Positions 35,569 through 45,162 of a DNA stretch of 64,000 bases are shown here, one piece after another. Source of the stretch: Planctomycetota bacterium. Its GTDB lineage: Bacteria; Planctomycetota; B15-G4. The notes beneath the pieces are model-generated. The model ran no database searches, was not told the origin of the DNA, and saw only the letters and a list, made by a program, of their open reading frames with translations. The stretch spans positions 672,001-736,000 of the forward strand of contig CBDFJQ010000002.1 of assembly GCA_965248575.1 (NCBI GenBank), in the 5' to 3' direction. A program made the position numbers and the translations under genes. Each line of letters starts with the position of its first letter. Position 1 is the first letter of the stretch.

Positions 35569-36885
35569 GTGAACGTCCTGGTGGTGGGTTCAGGTGGTCG
35601 GGAGCATGCTTTTGTCGATGCCCTGGCACGCAGTCACGGCATTGGTCGCATTTTGGTCGCTCCGGGCAACGGGGGCATGGCCCGCCAGGCGGAGTGCGTA
35701 CCGGTGGAGGCCTCGGACAAGGCCGGCCTGCTGAAGCTCGCGAAGGCCCAGGATGTGGGCCTCGTGATCGTGGGCCCCGAGGGTCCGCTGGTGGATGGCC
35801 TTGTGGATGTTTTGGAGGCCGAGGGTATTCCGGCCCTGGGCCCGAGTAAGGCGGCCGCGCAGCTGGAGGGCAGCAAGGCCTTCTGCAAGGACCTCTGCCG
35901 CAAGGCGCGCATCCCCACGGCCGCGTACAAGACCTTCAACTCGGCCGCAGAGGCCCTGAGCTACTGCGAGGGGCACGACCGCTGGCCGTCGGTCATCAAG
36001 GCCGATGGGCTCGCCGCCGGCAAGGGCGTCATCATCGTTCACGACAGCGTCATGGCCATCAGCGCCGTGCGCGACATGATGCTCAACAAGCACTTCGGTG
36101 ATGCGGGCGAGCGCATCGTCATCGAAGACTTCCTGGAGGGCGAAGAGCTGTCGATGATCGCCCTGGTGGACGGGGAGACGGTGGCGGTGCTGGAGCCCTC
36201 TCGTGACCACAAGGCCGCCTTCGATGGGGACAAGGGGCCGAACACCGGAGGCATGGGGGCGTTCAGCCCGACCAAACTCCTGACGCCCCGCAACTACGAG
36301 CAGATCGAGGAGCGCGTGTTGCTCCCCACGGTGCACGCCCTGGCCAAGGCGGGGACGCCCTTCAAGGGCATCCTCTACGCCGGGCTGATGATCACCGACG
36401 ATGGGCCCTCAGTGCTGGAATTCAATGTGCGCGGCGGGGACCCCGAGATGGAGGTCCTGCTGCCCCGGCTGGAAACGGATGCCTTGCAGCTTTTCTACGC
36501 GGCGGCGACGGGCACCCTGGACCAGATCGGTGACGTGCGCTGGAAGCCGCAGCACGCGTGCGGGGTGGTGCTGGCCGACGGCGGCTACCCCGGGCCCGTC
36601 ACCAAAGGGCTGTTCATCAGTGGCACGGAGGAAGCCGACAGCCTCGAGGACGTGTCCGTGTTCCACGCCGGCACCAAGCTCAACGACGGCAAACTGGAGA
36701 CCAATGGTGGGCGTGTGCTCTGCGTGACCGGTTTGGGTGACACCCTCCGTGCCGCCCGCGACAAGGCCTATGAGGGTGTGTCCAAGATCAGCTTCTCCGG
36801 TATGCGCTATCGCACGGACATCGGCTGGCGCGAGCTGGGTGCGTCGGCTCCGCAGGAAGCGTCGAGCGAGGCAGGTGCCCCGTGA
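35569..36885 (+). CDS. purD: Phosphoribosylamine-glycine ligase
   Basis: VLVVGSGGREHA, KADGLAAGKGV, GPNTGGMGA, EFNVR.GDPE, TNGGRVL; GTG start after GGAGG. Confidence 0.97.
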   Translation: MNVLVVGSGGREHAFVDALARSHGIGRILVAPGNGGMARQAECVPVEASDKAGLLKLAKAQDVGLVIVGPEGPLVDGLVDVLEAEGIPALGPSKAAAQLEGSKAFCKDLCRKARIPTAAYKTFNSAAEALSYCEGHDRWPSVIKADGLAAGKGVIIVHDSVMAISAVRDMMLNKHFGDAGERIVIEDFLEGEELSMIALVDGETVAVLEPSRDHKAAFDGDKGPNTGGMGAFSPTKLLTPRNYEQIEERVLLPTVHALAKAGTPFKGILYAGLMITDDGPSVLEFNVRGGDPEMEVLLPRLETDALQLFYAAATGTLDQIGDVRWKPQHACGVVLADGGYPGPVTKGLFISGTEEADSLEDVSVFHAGTKLNDGKLETNGGRVLCVTGLGDTLRAARDKAYEGVSKISFSGMRYRTDIGWRELGASAPQEASSEAGAP

Positions 36886-37358
36886 AAGACGTCGCCAAGC
36901 ACTTCGAGACCTTCCTGCGGGAACGGGACTTGCGCCTGACCAAGCAGCGCGAGGCGGTGCTCGAAGCCATCTACGCGACGCACAAGCACGTGTCGGCCGA
37001 CGAACTCTACGACCGCTTGGCGCGCGACGAGAAGGCACGGGCGCTGCGCATCAGTCGTGCCACCGTGTACCGCACCCTGTCTCTGCTCACTGAAGGTGGC
37101 TTCATCCAAGCGCTCGATATCGGGCGCGAGCGGGGCACGCTCTATGAGCATGTGCTGGGCCACGGCCACCACGACCACATGGTCTGCACCACCTGCGAGA
37201 ACATCATCGAGTTCCACGATGACGAGCTCGAGACCGTCCAGGCTCGGGCGGTGGAGCGGCACGGCTTCGTCGCCAGCTCCCACCGGCTGAATGTGTTCGG
37301 CACCTGCCGTGTCTGCGCCCAGAAGGAAGCGGCGGCAGGCGAAGCGGCGGCTGGCTGA
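36882..37358 (+). CDS. fur: Fur family transcriptional regulator
   Basis: LRLTKQR, ISRATVYRTL, HHDHMVC..C, C..C; GTGA overlap with purD. Confidence 0.93.
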   Translation: MKDVAKHFETFLRERDLRLTKQREAVLEAIYATHKHVSADELYDRLARDEKARALRISRATVYRTLSLLTEGGFIQALDIGRERGTLYEHVLGHGHHDHMVCTTCENIIEFHDDELETVQARAVERHGFVASSHRLNVFGTCRVCAQKEAAAGEAAAG

Positions 37359-37373
37359 GGGCCACCCCAGCTT

Positions 37374-37409
37374 GCCGACCCGGCCCAGCCGACCCGGCCC
37401 AGCCGACCC
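37374..37409. repeat. 14-bp tandem repeat gccgacccggccca (about 2.5 copies)
   Basis: Seen directly in the fur-feoA spacer. Confidence 0.85.
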
Positions 37410-37430
37410 TGGTCACACAAGATGCCGCTG

Positions 37431-37456
37431 TGCTAGCTTACTGAGATCGTGTCTCA
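37431..37456 (+). promoter_or_regulatory. Putative extended -10 promoter (TGnTAGCTT) plus Fur-box-like palindrome TGAGA-N5-TCTCA
   Basis: 15-bp dyad at 37442-37456 overlaps the feoA GTG; lies between fur and feoAB. Confidence 0.55.
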
Positions 37457-37691
37457 TCAATCACTCTCTGACCTCCAGCCCGGAACCACGGCCGTTTTGC
37501 GCGCCGTAGGAGGGTCTCGCTCCTTCCGGCGCCGGCTGCTGGAGCTTGGCTTCGTGCCCGGCACGCGGCTGACCATGGTGCGCCGACTCGAGGTCGGCGA
37601 TGTGATGGAAGTGGAGCTTCGGGAGAGCCGCGTCTCGCTGCGTATCTCGGAAGCAGATGTGCTGCTGATGGAATCGGAGGCGGGCCGGTGA
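37449..37691 (+). CDS. feoA: Ferrous iron transport protein A
   Basis: LSDLQPG, RRRLLELGFVPG, SRVSLRISEA. Confidence 0.92.
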   Translation: MSHQSLSDLQPGTTAVLRAVGGSRSFRRRLLELGFVPGTRLTMVRRLEVGDVMEVELRESRVSLRISEADVLLMESEAGR

Positions 37692-39910
37692 GTCGCGCTG
37701 TCGTCGCCATTGCGGGCAACCCCAACAGTGGCAAGACCACGCTCTTCAATGCGCTGACGGGCGCCAACGCGAAGGTCGGTAACTACCCGGGCATCACGGT
37801 GGAGCGGCGTGAGGCCAGCCTCTCCCTGCCGGACGGGCGCGACGCGCTGCTGCTGGACATCCCGGGCACCTACAGCCTGTCGGCCCGCACTGCAGAAGAA
37901 CAGATCGCCATCTCGGCCATCGCGGGCCTCAATCGCTTTGAAGACCCCGACGCCGTGATCGTCGTGCTCGACGGCACCCAGCTGGCCCGCAACCTCTACC
38001 TCGCGCTGCAGGTCCTGGAGCTGCGACTGAAGGTCGTGGTGGCCCTGAACATGTGCGACGTGCTGAAGCGCACCGGTGTCGAGGTGGATTGCGAGGCGCT
38101 CTCCACGGCCTTGGGTGTGCCCGTGGTGCCGATCTCTGCCTCCAAGGGCGAGGGCATCGCCGAGCTCAAGCAGGCAGTGGCTTCGGCCTTGTCGGCCGAC
38201 GCTTCGCTCGTGAGCCGCGCCGTCGTGCAGCGCGTGAACGGCGCGGTGGGCGCTGCCGTGGAAGCAGTCATGCCTGCCATACCGGAGGGTTGGAGCCGCG
38301 GCGACGCTGATCGCCGCGCGGCCCTGGCCACCTGGGCCCTGCTGTCTATCGACGACGACGATGAACTCTGGGAGGTGCCCGACGACCTGCGTGAAGCGGT
38401 GTTGGCTCAGCGTCGCCTGGCGGACGCGGCGGAGATCGACATCGATCTCGAGGTGGTGGCGGAGCGCTATCGTTGGATCGACGAGGTGTCCTCACGGGTT
38501 GTCGGAGACGTACCGGGGGCCCTGCGCCGCTTGACCGATGCCATCGATCGGGTGCTCATCCATCCGTTCGTGGGCTTCGGACTCTTTCTGTTGATCATGG
38601 CGATGGTCTTCGAGGCTCTCTTCACGTGGAGTTCGCCGCTGATCGATTCCGTGGACGGTGCCGTGGGGGCCTTCGGCTCTTCGTTGGGTGCGTTGTTGCC
38701 CGAAGGCCTGATCCGGGATTTCGTGATCGACGGATTGGTGGCTGGGGTCGGCGCGGTGCTCGTCTTCCTGCCACAGATCCTGCTGCTGTTCCTGTTCATC
38801 AGCTTGATGGAAGACAGCGGCTACATGGCTCGGGCCGCCTTCTTGATGGACCGCATCATGAAGGCCATCGGCCTGACGGGCCGCGCCTTCGTGCCCATGC
38901 TCTCGGGTTTCGCCTGCGCGATTCCGGCCATCATGGCCACGCGCACCATGGAGCGCCGCCGGGATCGCATGCTGACCATGATGGTCGTGCCGATCATGAC
39001 CTGCTCCGCACGGCTGCCGGTCTACACGCTGATCATTGCCGCGCTGTATCCAGCGCCCGAGGAGAGCGGGGGCACCGTGCTCGGCTTCTTCTCGCTCCAA
39101 GCGCTGCTGATGGTGGCCATGTACGTCTTCAGCACGGTGTTGGCGCTGGTGGCTGCGGCGGTCTTGGGGCGGACCCTGTTCCGGGGTGCGTCGTCTCCGC
39201 TGCTGCTGGAGCTGCCACCCTATCGTTGGCCCGGGCCGCGTTCCGTGCTGCGACAGATGTGGGAGCGCAGTCGCCTGTTCGTCAGCGAAGCCGGGACCGT
39301 GATCCTGACGTGCACGGTGCTGCTGTGGGTCTTGTTGACCTTCCCCCGGGAGCCGGAACTCTCGAAGGACTATGAAGCTGCTGCGCAACAGCTGCACGCC
39401 ACAGCTGCCGCAGAAGCTGCACCGGAAGGCGAATCGTGGCTGGGCGAACAGCTGGCGGCCCTGCAGTCCGAGCAGTCGTCGGAACGCCTGCAGTTGTCTT
39501 GGGGTGGTCGCCTGGGGCACGCCTTGGAACCGGTCATCGCGCCGCTCGGGTTCGACTGGAAGATCGGCGTGGGCCTGATCGGCGCCTTTGCAGCACGCGA
39601 GGTCTTTGTGAGCACCATGGGTGTCGTCTACGGCATGGGTGACGACGTGGACGCCGAGGCACAGCCGCTGCGCGCTCGCTTGCAGAGCGAGCGCTGGCCC
39701 GACGGCCGCCGCGTCTACACGCCCCTCGTCGGCCTCTCGTTGATGGTGTTCTTCGCCCTCGCAGCCCAGTGCATGAGCACCCTGGCCGTGGTGAAGCGAG
39801 AGACCCGCAGCTACCGCTGGCCCCTGTTCATGTTCAGCTACATGACGGGCCTGGCATGGGTCGCCTCCTTCGCGGTCTACCAAGGCGGCCGGTTGTTGGG
39901 CTACGGCTAG
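37688..39910 (+). CDS. feoB: Ferrous iron transport protein B
   Basis: GNPNSGKT, NYPGITVE, DIPGTYS, EDSGYMARAA, CSARLPVY, AREVFVST. Confidence 0.97.
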   Translation: MSRAVVAIAGNPNSGKTTLFNALTGANAKVGNYPGITVERREASLSLPDGRDALLLDIPGTYSLSARTAEEQIAISAIAGLNRFEDPDAVIVVLDGTQLARNLYLALQVLELRLKVVVALNMCDVLKRTGVEVDCEALSTALGVPVVPISASKGEGIAELKQAVASALSADASLVSRAVVQRVNGAVGAAVEAVMPAIPEGWSRGDADRRAALATWALLSIDDDDELWEVPDDLREAVLAQRRLADAAEIDIDLEVVAERYRWIDEVSSRVVGDVPGALRRLTDAIDRVLIHPFVGFGLFLLIMAMVFEALFTWSSPLIDSVDGAVGAFGSSLGALLPEGLIRDFVIDGLVAGVGAVLVFLPQILLLFLFISLMEDSGYMARAAFLMDRIMKAIGLTGRAFVPMLSGFACAIPAIMATRTMERRRDRMLTMMVVPIMTCSARLPVYTLIIAALYPAPEESGGTVLGFFSLQALLMVAMYVFSTVLALVAAAVLGRTLFRGASSPLLLELPPYRWPGPRSVLRQMWERSRLFVSEAGTVILTCTVLLWVLLTFPREPELSKDYEAAAQQLHATAAAEAAPEGESWLGEQLAALQSEQSSERLQLSWGGRLGHALEPVIAPLGFDWKIGVGLIGAFAAREVFVSTMGVVYGMGDDVDAEAQPLRARLQSERWPDGRRVYTPLVGLSLMVFFALAAQCMSTLAVVKRETRSYRWPLFMFSYMTGLAWVASFAVYQGGRLLGYG

Positions 39911-39928
39911 GCTGGGGACGGTGAGCTG

Positions 39929-40328
39929 GCGGGCCGGGGGCGGGTGTTTTTTGGGCAGAGGATCTGCTGCTCAGACAACGAGGCGAACAGACGCCTCGAG
40001 AACTCGCTTCAGATCCTCTGCCCAAAAAACACCCACACCCCTCCTCGGTGGAAACGTGCTCCAGGCTCGCCGGGCAAGGTTCGAGGGGCTTCGCGCGACT
40101 TCACGCTTGGGGGGGGCGGTTGGACGAGGGCCATGGCCGTCCACTTGGGCCTGTCCGCCTACGACCAAGTGTCAGACCCCACGCTTCACTCCCTCGTGAA
40201 CGAGCAGACAGTTCGCCGAGAGTTGTTTGCGAGTCTCCACCGAGCAGGGGGGCTGGGACTTCGAGGCGTCTGTTCGCCTCGTTGTCTGAGCAGCAGATCC
40301 GCGTCGAAGCCCCAGCCCCCCGGCCCGC
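39929..40328. repeat. 400-bp intergenic element: two inverted homologous palindromic units (REP/MITE-like)
   Basis: Perfect 40-bp inverted repeat (39960-39999 / 40261-40300); 12-bp outer IR (39929-39940 / 40317-40328); 18-bp inner IR with 2 mismatches (40038-40055 / 40233-40250); each unit has its own long hairpin. Confidence 0.88.
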
Positions 40329-40356
40329 AACCCCAAAGCCTCCCATCCCCCGAACC

Positions 40357-42093
40357 TCAGGGAGCGTAAGGCGCCAAGCTCTTCAGACGCTCCCGCGCTC
40401 GGTCCACAGCCTGGATGGCTTCGACCTTGCCCGTCGCATCGGGGGCGGTGGGTGCGTACATGGCGCCGTAGGTGGCCACCATGCGTTGGATGTCGACATC
40501 CCCGGCGCCACTTCGCTCGGCGTGCAGCAAGGCGGCGAAACTGTGGGGGCCAATGACGTTGTCCGTGGCCTGGGCTCGCAGCAAGAAGCTGCGCAGGGAC
40601 AGGTGGCTGTCGAGGCGTGGCCAGGCCAGCAGGGCGAGACCCAAAGCCAGCAAGAGCGTGGGGGCAGCGACGAAGGCGCGCGGGCGTCGGCTGCCCATCT
40701 CCCGCTCGCCGTCCCTACCGGCGTCGCTGGGTTTGCTGGCCCACACGAAGCCCATGGCCGCGAAGAAGGGCAACGCCGTGGCCACGTCGCCCCAGGCGTT
40801 CTGGACACAGGCCAGCAGGGTGCCGGTCAGCAGGACGAGGAAAGCCAGCAAGGAAGAAGCCCGGCCGTCGTGGGTGAGTGCCCAGGCGCGGCGCAGGCTG
40901 AGGGCGACCAGGATCAGCAGCAGCAGACCCGCCAGCAGACCGCCTTCGGCTGCAGCCAGGAGGAACTCGTTGTGGGGATGGGCCGGCTCGGTGTTGGCGC
41001 CGCCGAGCCCCGGCAGCGCCGCTTCGCCCGGATCCCGATAGGGCGGGAACTCTGCCCGGAATCGTCCGAGGCCCACACCGAGGCCAGGGGATTCCGCCAT
41101 CAGGCTGAGGGTGGATTGGGCCAAGGCCAGGCGCACATTCACGGTGAGGTCTTCACCCGAAAGAACCGACCCGCTGTGTTCGAGTTTGGTGGCCGTGAGG
41201 GCGTCCGAACCTCCCGCCCAGGCCGCCAGCAGGATGCCAAACAAGAGGCCCACGGCTGCGGGGCGAAAGGTCGGTCCAACAGCCTGCTGGCTCGCAGGGC
41301 CTGCGGGCGCAGCCTGCACTCCATCTGCTGAGCGCGAGCTCTGCCGCTGGCGCATCAGCGTGACCACACACAGGACGGCCAGGGCGAGGGCAGCCGCAAG
41401 CCGCGCCCCGCGAGCCCGTGTGAGGATCAGGGCACCGGACACGAGCGCCAGGCACAGCAGAGGGCCCATTTCAAGCCGGCCTCGATCGAGGGGGGAGCCG
41501 GGCGTGCGCAGGCCGCCGTGTGTCAGGCGCACCAGCCAGGCGACGCTTCCCAAGGCCAGTAGGGCACCCGCATGGGTCGAATTGCCCGAGAGGGCGACCA
41601 CTTCGCCGGACCCGCTGGTGAGGCTGGACTCCCAGCCCAGGGCCTGCATCCAGGCGATCACGGCACCCGGCAAGACGGCCCAGCGCAAGGCCTGCCCGAA
41701 GCGGTCAGGGCCCGTAGGGTGTTGTGTGTCTTCAGAAGCGGCTGCGAGCACACCCAGCACCGCCGCGATGTTGATCAGGCCAAAGTTGAGCAGGCGATCC
41801 ATGACCGCCGCGTGCTCGACGAAGGGCAGCGCGCGCACCGAGCACAGGGCGAACACAAGCAGCAGCAGGCGGGCAGCCGGGCTGGTGAACCAGCGGCGCA
41901 GGGCCTGGTGCCCCGCCGGACCTGGCGCGAGAGCAAGCATGGGCAGGATAGCGAGCGCAGCGAACAGCGCGCTGGCGGCTCGTTTCACCACCTCCGCCTG
42001 GAAGAGCTCCGGCAGGATGGCGACGGCGGCAAACAACAGCAGCGAAGCGAGCGACCAGCGTTGCAGGGCGGAGCTCGAGGTGGGCGCGGTCAA
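40357..42093 (-). CDS. O-antigen ligase family membrane protein
   Basis: Many TM helices; SGNSTH, TRARGA, GVGLGRF, HPHNEFL..AAEGG. Confidence 0.82.
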   Translation of the reverse strand: MTAPTSSSALQRWSLASLLLFAAVAILPELFQAEVVKRAASALFAALAILPMLALAPGPAGHQALRRWFTSPAARLLLLVFALCSVRALPFVEHAAVMDRLLNFGLINIAAVLGVLAAASEDTQHPTGPDRFGQALRWAVLPGAVIAWMQALGWESSLTSGSGEVVALSGNSTHAGALLALGSVAWLVRLTHGGLRTPGSPLDRGRLEMGPLLCLALVSGALILTRARGARLAAALALAVLCVVTLMRQRQSSRSADGVQAAPAGPASQQAVGPTFRPAAVGLLFGILLAAWAGGSDALTATKLEHSGSVLSGEDLTVNVRLALAQSTLSLMAESPGLGVGLGRFRAEFPPYRDPGEAALPGLGGANTEPAHPHNEFLLAAAEGGLLAGLLLLILVALSLRRAWALTHDGRASSLLAFLVLLTGTLLACVQNAWGDVATALPFFAAMGFVWASKPSDAGRDGEREMGSRRPRAFVAAPTLLLALGLALLAWPRLDSHLSLRSFLLRAQATDNVIGPHSFAALLHAERSGAGDVDIQRMVATYGAMYAPTAPDATGKVEAIQAVDRARERLKSLAPYAP

Positions 42094-42156
42094 GGGGCGT
42101 CTCGAAGGGCTCGGGCCAGTGCAGGACGGGGGTAGGGTCGGGGTCGGGAGGGTGAC

Positions 42157-43068
42157 TCAGTCTGCGGAGAAGAGCGCGTCTACGAAGGCGTCGGGCTGGA
42201 AGCGTTCAATGTCGTCGGCACTCTCGCCCACACCGATGTAGCGGATCGGCAACCCGAGTTGCTCTCGGATAGAGACGATCGCTCCACCCCGCGCCGTCCC
42301 GTCCAGTTTGCTCACCATGAGGCCCGTGACGTCCACGCACTCGCGGAATTCCCGCGCCTGCTGGATGGCGTTCTGTCCGGTGGTGCCGTCCAGGATCAAC
42401 AGGACTTCGTGCGGGGCGCCTTCGATGCGGCGACCGATGACGCGGTGGATCTTTTCCAGCTCGGCCATGAGGTTCTTCTGGGTGTGGAGGCGCCCTGCCG
42501 TGTCCACGATGAGCACGTCGATGCCTTGGGTGACGGCAGCGTCGGCCGCGTCGTACGCCAGGCCTGAGGGGTCCGAGCCGGTTGCGCGCTTGACGATGGG
42601 AATGGACAGGCGCTCGGCCCAGATCGCGAGCTGTTCCACCGCTGCAGCGCGGAAGGTGTCGCAGGCCGCCAACATCACCGAATGCCCTTCGGCGAGCAGC
42701 AGCTTGGACAGCTTGGCGATGGAGGTGGTCTTGCCGGAACCATTCACTCCACACACGAGGATCACGTGGGGCCCAGCGCCCGTGCTGATCTGCAGCGGCT
42801 GGCTGGCTTCTCCCATGATCTCGAGCAGCTGCTCGCGCACGAAGGGCTCGACCTGCTCACCCTCCTTGAGGATGCCCTTCTTGTTGGCGCTGCGGATGGC
42901 GGCCATGAGCGTCCCGGCGGCGGGGCCGAGGTCGGAGGTGTAGAGCAGTTCCTCCATCTTGTCGAGCACTTCGGCGTTCAAGGGGCCGCGGCCCACCAGC
43001 TTGCGCAAGCCGCCCACGAGGTTGTCGCGCGTCTTGCGTAGGCCGCTGAGGAGCCTTCCAAAAACCAT
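42157..43068 (-). CDS. ftsY: Signal recognition particle receptor
   Basis: GVNGSGKTTSIAKL, DTFRAAA, DTAGRL, DGTTGQN, KLDGTARGG. Confidence 0.97.
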   Translation of the reverse strand: MVFGRLLSGLRKTRDNLVGGLRKLVGRGPLNAEVLDKMEELLYTSDLGPAAGTLMAAIRSANKKGILKEGEQVEPFVREQLLEIMGEASQPLQISTGAGPHVILVCGVNGSGKTTSIAKLSKLLLAEGHSVMLAACDTFRAAAVEQLAIWAERLSIPIVKRATGSDPSGLAYDAADAAVTQGIDVLIVDTAGRLHTQKNLMAELEKIHRVIGRRIEGAPHEVLLILDGTTGQNAIQQAREFRECVDVTGLMVSKLDGTARGGAIVSIREQLGLPIRYIGVGESADDIERFQPDAFVDALFSAD

Positions 43069-43610
43069 CAGCCGAGCCCCTCGTCGCTGCCGCTGGGGGA
43101 GAAGCTGGTGGGGGTCACGTCGCCGTCGGAGGGGGGCGCGTTCAGGTCGTCATCCTCGATGTCGATGGCCGGCAAACCGAGATCCTTGCGGATGCGATCC
43201 AGGATGCCGTTGACGAACCCACCCGACTGCGCCGTGGAGAAGCGCTTGCCGAGCTCGATGGCTTCGTTGATGGACACCTTCGCGGGAATGTCCTCGCAGG
43301 ACTTGAGTTCATAGATGGCCAGGCGCAACACGTTCCTGTCCACCACTGCGAGCCTTGAGATGTCCCAGTTGTCCGCGGCGCCGGCGATGTGTCCGTCCAG
43401 CTCGGCTACGTTCCCGAGCACTCCTTCGGACAGCCGCCGGGCAAAGTCCTTCACCTCGGAATCCGCCTCGGCGTGCTCGATGACGTCCTGGGCAACCGCG
43501 CCCGGCGCTGTATTTGCCCGGGTATGCCCCCCTGACGAGGCATGCAGCACGTCCTCACAGAAGAGGGCCTGCAGAGCGATTTCCCGGGCGCGTGTGCGCT
43601 TGCCGATCAC
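43068..43610 (-). CDS. nusB: Transcription antitermination factor
   Basis: RTRAREIALQAL, DRNVLRLAIYE, INEAIELGKRF, FVNGILD. Confidence 0.96.
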   Translation of the reverse strand: MIGKRTRAREIALQALFCEDVLHASSGGHTRANTAPGAVAQDVIEHAEADSEVKDFARRLSEGVLGNVAELDGHIAGAADNWDISRLAVVDRNVLRLAIYELKSCEDIPAKVSINEAIELGKRFSTAQSGGFVNGILDRIRKDLGLPAIDIEDDDLNAPPSDGDVTPTSFSPSGSDEGLG

Positions 43611-44116
43611 GGAGTGTCCTCACCTTGGGTCTTGAGGCTGCGTTGCAGCCGGATCATGCGCAGGGCAGCTTGGGCACACTGGGTGCCCTTGTTGTCGGCG
43701 TTCGGCCCGGAGCGGGCGACCGCCTGGGCCATGGTGTCGCAGGTGAGCAGCCCGAACAGCACAGGCAGGCTGTGCTCGAGGGCGACTCGGCCGCAGCCGC
43801 GGGTGGTTTCGGAGCAAACGAAGTCGTAGTGGTCGGTGTCGCCGCGGATGACGCAGCCCAGCACCACGACGGCGTCATGCTGGCCGGACTGGGCCAAGGT
43901 CTGCGCGACCAGGGGCAGCTCCAGGGCACCGGGGACCCACGCCAGCGTGACCTGACTCTCTGGGACGCCGCGTGCTTCGAGCTCGGCCAAGGCTCCCGAG
44001 AGGAGGTTCTTGGTGATGGCCTCGTGGAAGCGGCTCACCACCAGGGCGATGTGGAAGCCCTGCGCGGCAAGTGAGCCGGTGGGGGGGCCATCGAGTTGGC
44101 CTTCAAACTCGCGCAT
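43607..44116 (-). CDS. ribH: 6,7-dimethyl-8-ribityllumazine synthase
   Basis: VVSRF, VPGALELP, LGCVIRGDT.HYD, NKG. Confidence 0.96.
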   Translation of the reverse strand: MREFEGQLDGPPTGSLAAQGFHIALVVSRFHEAITKNLLSGALAELEARGVPESQVTLAWVPGALELPLVAQTLAQSGQHDAVVVLGCVIRGDTDHYDFVCSETTRGCGRVALEHSLPVLFGLLTCDTMAQAVARSGPNADNKGTQCAQAALRMIRLQRSLKTQGEDTP

Positions 44117-44346
44117 GCGATCGGGATCCCAAGGAACGAAGGGCCGGATCCTACCGGAGCGACTGGCGAGTCGCCACGATTGCCCGGGCCCCGCACAGGG
44201 GCTGTCCCGACCCGCCTCGGGCCAGTGCTGAAGAGCGCTGGCGGTGGTTGACGGCTTGGGAGATGTGTACCGTCGCCAGCCCAGCGCATGGAGAGCGTTT
44301 GCCGAGAGCGCCTCGACCGTGCTGCTCGGGTTGCCAGGAGTCTCGG

Positions 44347-45162
44347 ATGAGGACCCGCTCTGCTCTTTCCAGCCGTTCCACCCGAGCCGTTTTGTCCGGC
44401 GGCTTGGGCTGCGCCGCGCGTGCGGCTTGGGGCCGCTGGCTCATGCTGGGCGCCTGCAGCGTGCTCGCGTGGGGTTGCGGATCTGCGGCCGGCGAGCCGG
44501 TGCTCGAGTTGGTGGCGGCCTCGAGCCTCGTCGAGTTGGCGCGTGACCTGGGCGATGAGTGGACCCTGCGCAGCGGCACGCCCGTGCGCCTACGGATCGG
44601 GGCCTCGTCCACCTTGTCCAGACAGCTTGCGGCGGGGGCGCCGTGCGATGTCTTCCTGAGTGCCGACGCGCGCTGGGTGGACGACCTGCCGGCCTTGGAG
44701 CGCAAGCCGTGGCTTGGCAACCGTCTGGCCTTGGTGGTCCCGACGGCAAGCTCGATCGCGTGGACTGACGAATCGGCACCGGATGTCGGAGCGCTGCTCA
44801 GTTCCTGTGGCAGTCTCGCCCTGGGGCAGTCGTCCGTTCCGGTTGGGCGCTACGCAGAAGCCGCCTTGGAGGCCTTGGGAGTCGAGCTGCCCGACCGCAT
44901 CGTGCGCGGTGCCAGTGCACGCGATGTCCTCTCCAAGGTGGGGCAGGGCGCTGCGCAGGCAGGCATCGTCTACGCCACCGATGTTCCTCTCGATCAGGGG
45001 GTACGCCTGCTGGCCTTGCTGCCCGCGGACAGCCACCCGCGGGTCCGTTACGAAGCGGCACTCCTGCGGCCCGAAGCCCGCGCGCTCTTCGACGCGCTCG
45101 CGGACGACTGGGTCCTCGGCCTAGCCACCCGCTACGGGTTTGCCGAAGGTGTCGACAAATGA
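44347..45162 (+). CDS. modA: Molybdate ABC transporter substrate-binding protein
   Basis: AASSL, GASSTL.RQ...GAP.DVFLSA, VPVGRYA, GIVYATD; lipobox LAWGC; ATG follows AGGAG. Confidence 0.92.
   Translation: MRTRSALSSRSTRAVLSGGLGCAARAAWGRWLMLGACSVLAWGCGSAAGEPVLELVAASSLVELARDLGDEWTLRSGTPVRLRIGASSTLSRQLAAGAPCDVFLSADARWVDDLPALERKPWLGNRLALVVPTASSIAWTDESAPDVGALLSSCGSLALGQSSVPVGRYAEAALEALGVELPDRIVRGASARDVLSKVGQGAAQAGIVYATDVPLDQGVRLLALLPADSHPRVRYEAALLRPEARALFDALADDWVLGLATRYGFAEGVDK

Noticed and set aside
39942..40034. Simple rho-independent terminator of feoB
   Set aside because: The T run is inside the stem rather than after it, the loop is 43 nt, and the hairpin is part of the larger two-unit element.
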